Shown one piece after another: positions 14,801-30,800 of a stretch of 64,000 nucleotides of DNA; positions within the stretch are counted from its first letter, which is position 1; every line of letters begins with the position of its first letter. Where the stretch lies: assembly GCA_964016885.1 (NCBI GenBank), contig OZ024754.1, forward strand, positions 19,468,001-19,532,000, in the 5' to 3' direction. Below the pieces are notes generated by a model that was not told the DNA's origin, searched no databases, and saw only the letters and a list, made by a program, of their open reading frames with translations. The DNA is from Eledone cirrhosa (taxonomy: Eukaryota). A program made the position numbers and the translations under genes.

Positions 14801-15880
14801 TAAAATGACTCTTCAATGATATAGTTACTTTAGTTTCAACACAACCTCAGATCATGTCACTTGCCAGACATGTAGAACTGTGACTAAAATGAGTCTACCA
14901 TGATATAGTTACTCTAGTTTCAACACAGTCACAGATCAAGTCACTTGCCAGACATGTACAACTGTGGCTAAATTGACTCTTCCATGATATAGTTACTTTA
15001 GTTTCAACACAGTCACAGATCAAGTCACTTGCCAGACATCTACAACTGTGGCTAAAATGACTCTTCCATGATATAGTTACTTTAGTTTCAACACAGTCTC
15101 AGATCTAGTCACTTGCCAGACATGTGCAACTGTGGCTAAAATGACTCTTCCATGATATAGTTACTTTAGTTTCAACACAGTCTCAGAGCAAGTCACTTGC
15201 TAGACATGTACAACTGTGGCTAAAATGACTCTTCCATGATATAGTTACTTTAGTTTCAACACAGTCTCAGATCAAGTCACTTGCCAGACATGTGCAACTG
15301 TGGCTAAAATGACTCTGCCATGATATAGTTACTTTAGTTTCAACACAGTCTCAGATCAAGTCACTTGCTAGACATGTACAACTGTGGCAAAAATGACTCT
15401 TCCATGATATAGTTACTTTAGTTTCAACACAGTCTCAGATCGAGTCACTTGCCAGACATGTGCAACTGTGGCTAAAATGACTCTTCCATGATATAGTTAC
15501 TTTAGTTTCAACACAGTCACAGATCAAGTCACTTGCCAGACATGTACAACTGTGGCTAAAATGACTCTTCCATGATATAGTTACTTTAGTTTCAACACAG
15601 TCACAGATCAAGTCACTTACCAGGGATGTACAACTGTGGCTAAAATGATTCTTCCATGATATAGTTACTTTAGTTTCAACGCAGTCACAGATCAAGTGTC
15701 TTGCCGGACATGTACAACAGTAGCTAAAATGACTGTTCCATGATATAGTTACTTTAGTTTCAACACAACCTCAGATCACGTCACTTGCCAGACATCTACA
15801 ACTCTGGCTAGAATGACTCTTCAATGATATAGTTACTTTAGTTTAAACACAATCTCAGATCAAGTCACTTGCCAGACATC
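8890..15880. repeat. Tandem block duplication, 43-mer (3612 bp); the second copy lacks 2 monomers
   Basis: Shared rare variants are offset by 3612 (GAACTGTGAC 8911/12523; TATCGTT 10200/13812; ORFs 9723/13335). The offset becomes 3444 = 41x84 after about 15.25 kb (ORFs 11991/15435). Confidence 0.85.
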
Positions 15881-18800
15881 TACAAGTGGGGCTAAAATGA
15901 CTCTTCCATGATATAGTTACTTTAGTTTCAACACAATCTCAGATCAAGTCAGTTACCAGACATGTACAACTGTGGTTAGCATGACTCTTCAATGATATAG
16001 TTACTTTAGTTTCAACACAATCTCAGATCAAGTCACTTGCTAGACATGTGCAACTGTGGCTAAAATGACTCTTCCATGATACAGTTACTTTAGTTTCAAC
16101 ACAGTCTCAGATAAAGTCACTTGCCAGACATGTACAACTGTGGCTAAAATGACTGTTCCATGATATAGTTACTTTAGTTTCAACACAATCTCAGATCAAG
16201 TCACTTACCATACATTTATAACTTTGGTTAGAATGACTCTTCCATGATATAGTTACATTAGTTTCAACACAGTCTCAGATCAAGTCACTTGCCAGACATG
16301 TACAACTGTGACTAAAATGATTCTTCCATGATATAGTTACTTTAGTTTCAACGCAGTCACAGATCAAGTGTCTTGCCAGACATGTACAACAGTAGCTAAA
16401 ATGACTCTTCCATGATATAGTTACTTTAGTTTCAACACAGTCTCAGATCAAATCACTTGCCAGACATGTGCAACTGTGGCTAAAATGACTCTGCCATGAT
16501 ATAGTTACTTTAGTTTCAACACAGTCTCAGATCAATTCACTTGCTAGACATGTACAACTGTGGCTAAAATGACTCTTCCATGATATAGTTACTTTAGTTT
16601 CAACACAGTCTCAGATCAAGTCACTTACCAGGGATGTACAACTGTGGCTAAAATGACACGTCCATGATATAGTTACTTTAGTTTCAACAGAGTCTCAGAT
16701 CAAGTCACTTACCAGGGATGTACAACTGTGGCTAAAATGACTCTTCCATGATATAGTTACTTTAGTTTCAACACAGTCTCAGATCAAGTCACTTACCAGG
16801 GATGTACAACTGTGGCTAAAATGACACGTCCATGATATAGTTACTTTAGTTTCAACACAGTCTCAGATCAAGTCACTTACCAGGGATGTACAACTGTGGC
16901 TAAAATGACTCTTCCATGATATAGTTACTTTAGTTTCAACACAGTCTCAGATCAAGTCACTTACCAGGGATGTACAACTGTGGCTAAAATGACTCTGCCA
17001 TGATATAGTTACTTTAGTTTCAACACAGTCTCAGATCAATTCACTTGCTAGACATGTACAACTGTGGCTAAAATGACTCTTCCATGATATAGTTACTTTA
17101 GTTTCAACACAGTCTCAGATCAAGTCACTTGCTAGACATGTACAACTGTGGCTAAAATGACACGTCCATGATATAGTTACTTTAGTTTCAACACAGTCTC
17201 AGATCAAGTCACTTGCCAGACATGTGCAACTGTGGCTAAAATGACTCTTCCATGATATAGTTACCTTAGTTTCAACACAGTCACAGATCAAGTCACTTAC
17301 CAGGGATGTACAACTGTAGCTAAAATGACTCTTCCATGATATAGTTACTTTAGTTTCAACACAGTCACAGATCAAGTCACTTACCAGGGATGTACAACTG
17401 TAGCTAAAATGACTCTTCCATGATATAGTTACTTTAGTTTCAACACAGTCTCAGATCAAGTCACTTGCCAGACATGTACAACCGTGGCTAAAATGACTCT
17501 TCCATGATATAGTTACTTTAGTTTCAACACAGTCTCAGATAAAGTCACTTACCAGACATGTACAACTGTGGCTAAAATGAATCTTCCATGATATAGTTAC
17601 TTTTGTTTCAACACAGTCTCAGATCAAGTCACTTGCCACACATGTACAACTGTGACTAAAATGATTCTTCCATGATATAGTTACTTTAGTTTCAACGCAG
17701 TCACAGATCAAGTGTCTTGCCGGACATGTACAACAGTAGCTAAAATGACTCTTCCATGATATAGTTACTTTAGTTTCAACACAGTCTCAGATCGAGTCAC
17801 TTGCCAGACATGTGCAACTGTGGCTAAAATGACTCTTCCATGATATAGTTACTTTAGTTTCAACACAGTCACAGATCAAGTCACTTGCCAGACATGTACA
17901 ACTGTGGCTAAAATGACTCTTCCATGATATAGTTACTTTAGTTTCAACACAGTCACAGATCAAGTCACTTACCAGGGATGTACAACTGTGGCTAAAATGA
18001 TTCTTCCATGATATAGTTACTTTAGTTTCAACGCAGTCACAGATCAAGTGTCTTGCCGGACATGTACAACAGTAGCTAAAATGACTGTTCCATGATATAG
18101 TTACTTTAGTTTCAACACAACCTCAGATCACGTCACTTGCCAGACATCTACAACTCTGGCTAGAATGACTCTTCAATGATATAGTTACTTTAGTTTAAAC
18201 ACAATCTCAGATCAAGTCACTTGCCAGACATCTACAAGTGGGGCTAAAATGACTCTTCCATGATATAGTTACTTTAGTTTCAACACAATCTCAGATCAAG
18301 TCAGTTACCAGACATGTACAACTGTGGTTAGCATGACTCTTCAATGATATAGTTACTTTAGTTTCAACACAATCTCAGATCAAGTCACTTGCTAGACATG
18401 TGCAACTGTGGCTAAAATGACTCTTCCATGATACAGTTACTTTAGTTTCAACACAGTCTCAGATAAAGTCACTTGCCAGACATGTACAACTGTGGCTAAA
18501 ATGACTGTTCCATGATATAGTTACTTTAGTTTCAACACAATCTCAGATCAAGTCACTTACCATACATTTACAACTTTGGTTAGAATGACTCTTCCATGAT
18601 ATAGTTACATTAGTTTCAACACAGTCTCAGATCAAGTCACTTGCCAGACATGTACAACTGTGACTAAAATGATTCTTCCATGATATAGTTACTTTAGTTT
18701 CAACGCAGTCACAGATCAAGTGTCTTGCCAGCCATGTACAACAGTAGCTAAAATGACTCTTCCATGATATAGTTACCTTAGTTTCAACACAGTCACAGAT

Positions 18801-21800
18801 CAAGTCACTTACCAGGGATGTACAACTGTAGCTAAAATGACTCTTCCATGATATAGTTACTTTAGTTTCAACACAGTCTCAGATCAAATCACTTGCCAGA
18901 CATGTGCAACTGTGGCTAAAATGACTCTGCCATGATATAGTTACTTTAGTTTCAACACAGTCTCAGATCAAGTCACTTGCCAGACATGTACAACTGTGGC
19001 TAAAATGACACGTCCATGATATAGTTACTTTAGTTTCAACACAGTCTCAGATCAAGTCACTTACCAGGGATGTCCAACTGTGGCTAAAATGACTCTTCCA
19101 TGATATAGTTACTTTAGTTTCAACACAGTCTCAGATCAAGTCACTTACCAGGGATGTACAACTGTGGCTAAAATGACACGTCCATGATATAGTTACTTTA
19201 GTTTCAACACAGTCTCAGATCAAGTCACTTATCAGGGATGTACAACTGTGGCTAAAATGACTCTTCCATGATATAGTTACTTTAGTTTCAACACAGTCTC
19301 AGATCAAGTCACTTACCAGGGATGTACAACTGTGGCTAAAATGACTCTGCCATGATATAGTTACTTTAGTTTCAACACAGTCTCAGATCAATTCACTTGC
19401 TAGACATGTACAACTGTGGCTAAAATGACTCTTCCATGATATAGTTACTTTAGTTTCAACACAGTCTCAGATCAAGTCACTTGCTAGACATGTACAACTG
19501 TGGCTAAAATGACACGTCCATGATATAGTTACTTTAGTTTCAACACAGTCTCAGATCAAGTCACTTGCCAGACATGTGCAACTGTGGCTAAAATGACTCT
19601 TCCATGATATAGTTACCTTAGTTTCAACACAGTCACAGATCAAGTCACTTACCAGGGATGTACAACTGTAGCTAAAATGACTCTTCCATGATATAGTTAC
19701 TTTAGTTTCAACACAGTCACAGATCAAGTCACTTACCAGGGATGTACAACTGTAGCTAAAATGACTCTTCCATGATATAGTTACTTTAGTTTCAACACAG
19801 TCTCAGATCAAGTCACTTGCCAGACATGTACAACCGTGGCTAAAATGACTCTTCCATGATATAGTTACTTTAGTTTCAACACAGTCTCAGATAAAGTCAC
19901 TTACCAGACATGTACAACTGTGGCTAAAATGAATCTTCCATGATATAGTTACTTTTGTTTCAACACAGTCTCAGATCAAGTCACTTGCCACACATGTACA
20001 ACAGTAGCTAAAATGACTCTTCCATGATATAGTTACTTTAGTTTCAACACAACCTCAGATCAAGTCACTTGCCAGACATCTACAACTCTGGCTAGAATGA
20101 CTCTTCCATGATATAGTTACTTTAGTTTCAACACAGTCTCAGATCAAGTCACTTGCCAGACATGTGCAACTGTCGCTAAAATGACTCTTCCATGATATAG
20201 TTACTTTAGTTTCAACACAGTCACAGATCAAGTCACTTGCCAGACATGTACAAGTTTAGCTAAAATGACTCTTCAATGATATAGTTACTTTAGTTTCAAC
20301 ACAACCTCAGATCATGTCACTTGCCAGACATCTACAACTGTGGCTAAAATGAGTCTACCATGATATAGTTACTTTAGTTTCAACACAGTCACAGATCAAG
20401 TCAACTGCCAGACATGTACAACTGTGGCTAAAATGACTCTTCCATGATATAGTTACTTTAGTTTCAACACAGTCACAGATAAAGTCACTTGCCAGACATG
20501 TACAACTGTGGCTAAAATGAATCTTCCATGATATAATACTTTAGTTTCAACACGGTCTCAGATCAAATCACTTGCCAGACATGTACAACTGTGGCTAAAA
20601 TGACTCTTCCATGATATAGTTACTTTAGTTTCAACACAGTCTTAGATCAAGTCACTTACCAGACATGTACAACTGTGGCTAAAATGACTCTTCCATGATA
20701 TAGTTACTTTAGTTTCAACACAACGTTAGATCAAGTCACTTGCCAGACATGTACAACTCTGGCTAAAATGACTCTTCCATGATATAGTTACTTTAGTTTC
20801 AACACAGTCTCAGATCAAGTCACTTGCCATACATGTACAAATGTGGCTAAAATGACTCTTTCATGATATAGTTACTTTAGTTTCAACACAGCCTCAGATA
20901 AAGTCACTTGCCAGACATGTACAACTGTGGCTAAAATGACTCTTCCATGATATAGTTACTTTAGTTTCAACACAGTCTCAGATCAAGTCACTTGCTAGAC
21001 ATGTACAACTGTGGCTAAAATGACTCTTCCATGATATAGTTACTTTAGTTTCAACACAGTCTCAGATCAAGTTACTTGCCAGATATGTGCAACTGTGGCT
21101 AAAATGACTCTTCCATGATATAGTTACTTTAGTTTCAACACAGTCTCAGATCAAGTCACTTGCTAGACATGTGCAACTGTGGCTAAAATGACTCTTCCTT
21201 GATACAGTTACTTTAGTTTGAACACAGTCTCAGATAAAGTCACTTTCAAGGCATGTACAACTGTGACTAAAATGACTCTTCCATGATATAGTTACTTTAG
21301 TTTCAACACAGTAACAGATCAAGTCACTTGCCAGACATGTACAAGTTTAGCTAAAATGTCTCTTCAATGATATAGTTACTATAGTTTCAACACAACCTCA
21401 GATCATGTCACTTGCCAGACATGTACAACGGTGGCTAAAATGACTCTTCCATGATATAGTTACTTTAGTTTCAACACAGTCACAGATAAAGTCACTTGCC
21501 AGACATGTACAACTGTGGCTAAAATGAATCTCCCATGATATAGTAGTTTAGTTTCAACACGTTCTCAGATCAAGTCACTTGCCAGACATGTACAACTGTG
21601 GCTAAAATGACTCTTCCATGATATATTTACTTTAGTTTCAACACAGTCTTAGATCAAGTCACTTACCAGACATGTACAACTGTGGCTAAAATGACTCTTC
21701 CATGATATAGTTACTTTAGTTTCAACACAATCTTAGATCATGTCACTTACAAGACATGTACAACTGTGGCTAAAATGACTCTTCCATGATATAGTTACTT

Positions 21801-24800
21801 TAGTTTCAACACAATCTTAGATCAAGTCACTTGCCAGACATGTACAACTGTGGCTAAAATAACTCTTCCATGATATAGTTACTTTAGTTTCAACACAGTC
21901 TCAGATCAAATCACTTGCTAGACATGTACAACTGTGGCTAAAATGACTCTTCCATGATATAGTTACTTTAGTTTCAACACAGTCTCAGGTCAAGTCACTT
22001 ACCAGACATGTGCAACTGTGGCTAAAATGACTCTTCCATGATATAGTTACTTTAGTTTCAACACGATCTCAGATCAAGTCACTTGCCAGACATGTGCAAC
22101 TGTGGCTAAAATGACTCTTCCATGATATAGTTACTTTAGTTTCAACACAATCTCAGATCATGTCACTTGCCAGACATGTACAACTCTGGCTAAAATAACT
22201 CTTCCATAATATAGTTACTTTAGTTTCAACACAGTCCCAGATCAAGTCACTTTCCAGGCATGTATAACTGTGGCTGAAATGACTCTTCCATGATATAGTT
22301 ACTTTAGTTTCAACACAGTCACAGATCAAGTCACTTGCCAGATATGTACAACTGTGGCTAAAATGACTCTTCCATGATATAGTTACTTTAGTTTCAACAC
22401 AGTAACAGATCAAGTCACTTGCCAGACATGAATAAGTTTAGCTAAAATGACTCTTCAATGATATAGTTACTTTAGTTTCAACACAACCTCAGATCATGTC
22501 ACTTGCCAGACATCTACAACTGTGGCTAAAATGAGTCTACCATGATACAGTTACTTTAGTTTCAGCACAGTCACAGATCAAGTCACTTGCCAGACATGTA
22601 CAACTGTGACTAAAATGACTCTTCCATGATATAGTTACTTTAGTTTCAACACAATCTTAGATCAAGTCACTTGCCAGACATGTACAACTGTGGCTAAAAT
22701 GAATCTTCCATGATATAGTACTTTAGTTTCAACACGGTCTCAGATCAAGTCACTTGCCAGACATGTACAACTGTGGCTAAAATGACTCTTCCATGATATA
22801 GTTACTTTAGTTTCAACACAGCCTTAGATCAAGTTACTTGCCAGACATGTACAACTGTGGCTAAAATGACTCTTCCATGATATAGTTACCTTAGTTTCAA
22901 CACAATCTTAGATCAAGTCACTTACCAGACATGTACAACTGTGGCTGAAATGACTCTTCCATGATATAGTTACTTTAGTTTCAACACAACCTCAGATCAC
23001 GTCACTTGCCAGACATCTACAACTCTGGCTAGAATGACTCTTCAATGATATAGTTACTTTAGTTTAAACACAATCTCAGATCAAGTCACTTGCCAGACAT
23101 CTACAAGTGGGGCTAAAATGACTCTTCCATGATATAGTTACTTTAGTTTCAACACAGTCACAGATCAAGTCACTTGCCAGACATGTACAACTGTGGCTAA
23201 AATGACTCTTCCATGATATAGTTACTTTAGTTTCAACACAGTCACAGATCAAGTCACTTGCCAGACATCTACAACTGTGGCTAAAATGACTCTTCCATGA
23301 TATCGTTACTTTAGTTTCAACACAGTCTCAGATCTAGTCACTTGCCAGACATGTGCAACTGTGGCTAAAATGACTCTTCCATGATATAGTTACTTTAGTT
23401 TCAACACAGTCTCAGAGCAAGTCACTTGCTAGACATGTACAACTGTGGCTAAAATGACTCTTCCATGATATAGTTACTTTAGGTTCAACACAGTCTCAGA
23501 TCAAGTCACTTGCCAGACATGTAAAACTGAGGCTAAAATGACTGTTCCATGTTATAGTTACTTTAGTTTCAACACAGTCTCAGATCAAGTCACTTGCTAG
23601 ACATGTGCAACTGTGGCTAAAATGACTCTTCCATGATATAGTTACTTTAGTTTCAACACAGTCTCAGATCAAGTCACTTGCTAGACATGTACAACTGTGG
23701 CAAAAATGACTCTTCCATGATATAGTTACTTTAGTTTCAACACAGTCTCAGATCGAGTCACTTGCCAGATATGTGCAACTGTGGCTAAAATGACTCTTCC
23801 ATGATATAGTTACTTTAGTGTCAACACAGTCTTAGATCAAGTCACTTGCCAGACATGTACAACTGTGGCTAAAATAACTCTTCCATGATATAGTTACTTT
23901 AGTTTCAACACAGCCTCAGATAAAGTCACTTGCCAGACATGTACAACTGTGGCTAAAATGACTCTTCCATGATATAGTTACTTTAGTTTCAACACAGTCT
24001 CAGATCAAGTCACTTACTAGACATGTGCAACTGTGGCTAAAATGACTCTTCCATGATATAGTTATTTTAGTTTCAACACAGTCTCAGATCAAATCACTTG
24101 CTAGACATGTACAACTGTGGCTAAAATGACTCTTCCATGATATAGTTACTTTAGTTTCAACACAGTCTCAGATCAAGTCACTTGCCAGACATGTGCAACT
24201 GTGGCTAAAATGACTCTTCCATGATATAGTTACTTTAGTTTCAACACGATCTCAGATCAAGTCACTTGCCAGACATGTACAAGTTTAGCTAAAATGACTC
24301 TTCAATGATATAGTTACTTTAGTTTCAACACAACCTCAGATCATGTCACTTGCCAGACATGTAGAACTGTGACTAAAATGAGTCTACCATGATATAGTTA
24401 CTTTAGTTTCAACACAGTCACAGATCAAGTCACTTGCCAGACATGTACAACTGTGGCTAAATTGACTCTTCCATGATATAGTTACTTTAGTTTCAACACA
24501 GTCACAGATCAAGTCACTTGCCAGACATCTACAACTGTGGCTAAAATGACTCTTCCATGATATAGTTACTTTAGTTTCAACACAGTCTCAGATCTAGTCA
24601 CTTGCCAGACATGTGCAACTGTGGCTAAAATGACTCTTCCATGATATAGTTACTTTAGTTTCAACACAGTCTCAGAGCAAGTCACTTGCTAGACATGTAC
24701 AACTGTGGCTAAAATGACTCTTCCATGATATAGTTACTTTAGGTTCAACACAGTCTCAGATCAAGTCACTTGCCAGACATGTACAACTGAGGCTAAAATG

Positions 24801-27800
24801 ACTCTTCCATGTTATAGTTACTTTAGTTTCAACACAGTCTCAGATCAAGTCACTTGCTAGACATGTACAACTGTGGCTAAAATGACTCTTCCATGATATA
24901 GTTACTTTAGTTTCAACACAGTCTCAGATCAAGTCACTTGCCAGACATGTGCAACTGTGGCTAAAATGACTCTGCCATGATATAGTTACTTTAGTTTCAA
25001 CACAGTCTCAGATCAAGTCACTTGCTAGACATGTACAACTGTGGCAAAAATGACTCTTCCATGATATAGTTACTTTAGTTTCAACACAGTCTCAGATCGA
25101 GTCACTTGCCAGACATGTGCAACTGTGGCTAAAATGACTCTTCCATGATATAGTTACTTTAGTTTCAACACAGTCACAGATCAAGTCACTTGCCAGACAT
25201 GTACAACTGTGGCTAAAATGACTCTTCCATGATATAGTTACATTAGTTTCAACACAGTCACAGATCAAGTCACTTACCAGGGATGTACAACTGTGGCTAA
25301 AATGATTCTTCCATGATATAGTTACTTTAGTTTCAACGCAGTCACAGATCAAGTGTCTTGCCGGACATGTACAACAGTAGCTAAAATGACTGTTCCATGA
25401 TATAGTTACTTTAGTTTCAACACAACCTCAGATCACGTCACTTGCCAGACATCTACAACTCTGGCTAGAATGACTCTTCAATGATATAGTTACTTTAGTT
25501 TAAACACAATCTCAGATCAAGTCACTTGCCAGACATCTACAAGTGGGGCTAAAATGACTCTTCCATGATATAGTTACTTTAGTTTCAACACAATCTCAGA
25601 TCAAGTCAGTTACCAGACATGTACAACTGTGGTTAGCATGACTCTTCAATGATATAGTTACTTTAGTTTCAACACAATCTCAGATCAAGTCACTTGCTAG
25701 ACATGTGCAACTGTGGCTAAAATGACTCTTCCATGATACAGTTACTTTAGTTTCAACACAGTCTCAGATAAAGTCACTTGCCAGACATGTACAACTGTGG
25801 CTAAAATGACTGTTCCATGATATAGTTACTTTAGTTTCAACACAATCTCAGATCAAGTCACTTACCATACATTTATAACTTTGGTTAGAATGACTCTTCC
25901 ATGATATAGTTACATTAGTTTCAACACAGTCTCAGATCAAGTCACTTGCCAGACATGTACAACTGTGACTAAAATGATTCTTCCATGATATAGTTACTTT
26001 AGTTTCAACGCAGTCACAGATCAAGTGTCTTGCCAGACATGTACAACAGTAGCTAAAATGACTCTTCCATGATATAGTTACTTTAGTTTCAACACAGTCT
26101 CAGATCAAATCACTTGCCAGACATGTGCAACTGTGGCTAAAATGACTCTGCCATGATATAGTTACTTTAGTTTCAACACAGTCTCAGATCAATTCACTTG
26201 CTAGACATGTACAACTGTGGCTAAAATGACTCTTCCATGATATAGTTACTTTAGTTTCAACACAGTCTCAGATCAAGTCACTTACCAGGGATGTACAACT
26301 GTGGCTAAAATGACACGTCCATGATATAGTTACTTTAGTTTCAACAGAGTCTCAGATCAAGTCACTTACCAGGGATGTACAACTGTGGCTAAAATGACTC
26401 TTCCATGATATAGTTACTTTAGTTTCAACACAGTCTCAGATCAAGTCACTTACCAGGGATGTACAACTGTGGCTAAAATGACACGTCCATGATATAGTTA
26501 CTTTAGTTTCAACACAGTCTCAGATCAAGTCACTTACCAGGGATGTACAACTGTGGCTAAAATGACTCTTCCATGATATAGTTACTTTAGTTTCAACACA
26601 GTCTCAGATCAAGTCACTTACCAGGGATGTACAACTGTGGCTAAAATGACTCTGCCATGATATAGTTACTTTAGTTTCAACACAGTCTCAGATCAATTCA
26701 CTTGCTAGACATGTACAACTGTGGCTAAAATGACTCTTCCATGATATAGTTACTTTAGTTTCAACACAGTCTCAGATCAAGTCACTTGCTAGACATGTAC
26801 AACTGTGGCTAAAATGACACGTCCATGATATAGTTACTTTAGTTTCAACACAGTCTCAGATCAAGTCACTTGCCAGACATGTGCAACTGTGGCTAAAATG
26901 ACTCTTCCATGATATAGTTACCTTAGTTTCAACACAGTCACAGATCAAGTCACTTACCAGGGATGTACAACTGTAGCTAAAATGACTCTTCCATGATATA
27001 GTTACTTTAGTTTCAACACAGTCACAGATCAAGTCACTTACCAGGGATGTACAACTGTAGCTAAAATGACTCTTCCATGATATAGTTACTTTAGTTTCAA
27101 CACAGTCTCAGATCAAGTCACTTGCCAGACATGTACAACCGTGGCTAAAATGACTCTTCCATGATATAGTTACTTTAGTTTCAACACAGTCTCAGATAAA
27201 GTCACTTACCAGACATGTACAACTGTGGCTAAAATCAATCTTCCATGATATAGTTACTTTTGTTTCAACACAGTCTCAGATCAAGTCACTTGCCACACAT
27301 GTACAACTGTGACTAAAATGATTCTTCCATGATATAGTTACTTTAGTTTCAACGCAGTCACAGATCAAGTGTCTTGCCGGACATGTACAACAGTAGCTAA
27401 AATGACTCTTCCATGATATAGTTACTTTAGTTTCAACACAGTCTCAGATCGAGTCACTTGCCAGACATGTGCAACTGTGGCTAAAATGACTCTTCCATGA
27501 TATAGTTACTTTAGTTTCAACACAGTCACAGATCAAGTCACTTGCCAGACATGTACAACTGTGGCTAAAATGACTCTTCCATGATATAGTTACTTTAGTT
27601 TCAACACAGTCACAGATCAAGTCACTTACCAGGGATGTACAACTGTGGCTAAAATGATTCTTCCATGATATAGTTACTTTAGTTTCAACGCAGTCACAGA
27701 TCAAGTGTCTTGCCGGACATGTACAACAGTAGCTAAAATGACTGTTCCATGATATAGTTACTTTAGTTTCAACACAACCTCAGATCACGTCACTTGCCAG

Positions 27801-30800
27801 ACATCTACAACTCTGGCTAGAATGACTCTTCAATGATATAGTTACTTTAGTTTAAACACAATCTCAGATCAAGTCACTTGCCAGACATCTACAAGTGGGG
27901 CTAAAATGACTCTTCCATGATATAGTTACTTTAGTTTCAACACAATCTCAGATCAAGTCAGTTACCAGACATGTACAACTGTGGTTAGCATGACTCTTCA
28001 ATGATATAGTTACTTTAGTTTCAACACAATCTCAGATCAAGTCACTTGCTAGACATGTGCAACTGTGGCTAAAATGACTCTTCCATGATACAGTTACTTT
28101 AGTTTCAACACAGTCTCAGATAAAGTCACTTGCCAGACATGTACAACTGTGGCTAAAATGACTGTTCCATGATATAGTTACTTTAGTTTCAACACAATCT
28201 CAGATCAAGTCACTTACCATACATTTACAACTTTGGTTAGAATGACTCTTCCATGATATAGTTACATTAGTTTCAACACAGTCTCAGATCAAGTCACTTG
28301 CCAGACATGTACAACTGTGACTAAAATGATTCTTCCATGATATAGTTACTTTAGTTTCAACGCAGTCACAGATCAAGTGTCTTGCCAGCCATGTACAACA
28401 GTAGCTAAAATGACTCTTCCATGATATAGTTACCTTAGTTTCAACACAGTCACAGATCAAGTCACTTACCAGGGATGTACAACTGTAGCCAAAATGACTC
28501 TTCCATGATATAGTTACTTTAGTTTCAACACAGTCTCAGATCAAATCACTTGCCAGACATGTGCAACTGTGGCTAAAATGACTCTGCCATGATATAGTTA
28601 CTTTAGTTTCAACACAGTCTCAGATCAAGTCACTTACCAGGGATGTACAACTGTGGCTAAAATGACACGTCCATGATATAGTTACTTTAGTTTCAACACA
28701 GTCTCAGATCAAGTCACTTACCAGGGATGTACAACTGTGGCTAAAATGACTCTTCCATGATATAGTTACTTTAGTTTCAACACAGTCTCAGATCAAGTCA
28801 CTTACCAGGGATGTACAACTGTGGCTAAAATGACACGTCCATGATATAGTTACTTTAGTTTCAACACAGTCTCAGATCAAGTCACTTATCAGGGATGTAC
28901 AACTGTGGCTAAAATGACTCTTCCATGATATAGTTACTTTAGTTTCAACACAGTCTCAGATCAAGTCACTTACCAGGGATGTACAACTGTGGCTAAAATG
29001 ACTCTGCCATGATATAGTTACTTTAGTTTCAACACAGTCTCAGATCAATTCACTTGCTAGACATGTACAACTGTGGCTAAAATGACTCTTCCATGATATA
29101 GTTACTTTAGTTTCAACACAGTCTCAGATCAAGTCACTTGCTAGACATGTACAACTGTGGCTAAAATGACACGTCCATGATATAGTTACTTTAGTTTCAA
29201 CACAGTCTCAGATCAAGTCACTTGCCAGACATGTGCAACTGTGGCTAAAATGACTCTTCCATGATATAGTTACCTTAGTTTCAACACAGTCACAGATCAA
29301 GTCACTTACCAGGGATGTACAACTGTAGCTAAAATGACTCTTCCATGATATAGTTACTTTAGTTTCAACACAGTCACAGATCAAGTCACTTACCAGGGAT
29401 GTACAACTGTAGCTAAAATGACTCTTCCATGATATAGTTACTTTAGTTTCAACACAGTCTCAGATCAAGTCACTTGCCAGACATGTACAACCGTGGCTAA
29501 AATGACTCTTCCATGATATAGTTACTTTAGTTTCAACACAGTCTCAGATAAAGTCACTTACCAGACATGTACAACTGTGGCTAAAATGAATCTTCCATGA
29601 TATAGTTACTTTTGTTTCAACACAGTCTCAGATCAAGTCACTTGCCACACATGTACAACAGTAGCTAAAATGACTCTTCCATGATATAGTTACTTTAGTT
29701 TCAACACAACCTCAGATCAAGTCACTTGCCAGACATCTACAACTCTGGCTAGAATGACTCTTCCATGATATAGTTACTTTAGTTTCAACACAGTCTCAGA
29801 TCAAGTCACTTGCCAGACATGTGCAACTGTCGCTAAAATGACTCTTCCATGATATAGTTACTTTAGTTTCAACACAGTCACAGATCAAGTCACTTGCCAG
29901 ACATGTACAAGTTTAGCTAAAATGACTCTTCAATGATATAGTTACTTTAGTTTCAACACAACCTCAGATCATGTCACTTGCCAGACATCTACAACTGTGG
30001 CTAAAATGAGTCTACCATGATATAGTTACTTTAGTTTCAACACAGTCACAGATCAAGTCAACTGCCAGACATGTACAACTGTGGCTAAAATGACTCTTCC
30101 ATGATATAGTTACTTTAGTTTCAACACAGTCACAGATAAAGTCACTTGCCAGACATGTACAACTGTGGCTAAAATGAATCTTCCATGATATAATACTTTA
30201 GTTTCAACACGGTCTCAGATCAAATCACTTGCCAGACATGTACAACTGTGGCTAAAATGACTCTTCCATGATATAGTTACTTTAGTTTCAACACAGTCTT
30301 AGATCAAGTCACTTACCAGACATGTACAACTGTGGCTAAAATGACTCTTCCATGATATAGTTACTTTAGTTTCAACACAACGTTAGATCAAGTCACTTGC
30401 CAGACATGTACAACTCTGGCTAAAATGACTCTTCCATGATATAGTTACTTTAGTTTCAACACAGTCTCAGATCAAGTCACTTGCCATACATGTACAAATG
30501 TGGCTAAAATGAGTCTTTCATGATATAGTTACTTTAGTTTCAACACAGCCTCAGATAAAGTCACTTGCCAGACATGTACAACTGTGGCTAAAATGACTCT
30601 TCCATGATATAGTTACTTTAGTTTCAACACAGTCTCAGATCAAGTCACTTGCTAGACATGTACAACTGTGGCTAAAATGACTCTTCCATGATATAGTTAC
30701 TTTAGTTTCAACACAGTCTCAGATCAAGTTACTTGCCAGATATGTGCAACTGTGGCTAAAATGACTCTTCCATGATATAGTTACTTTAGTTTCAACACAG

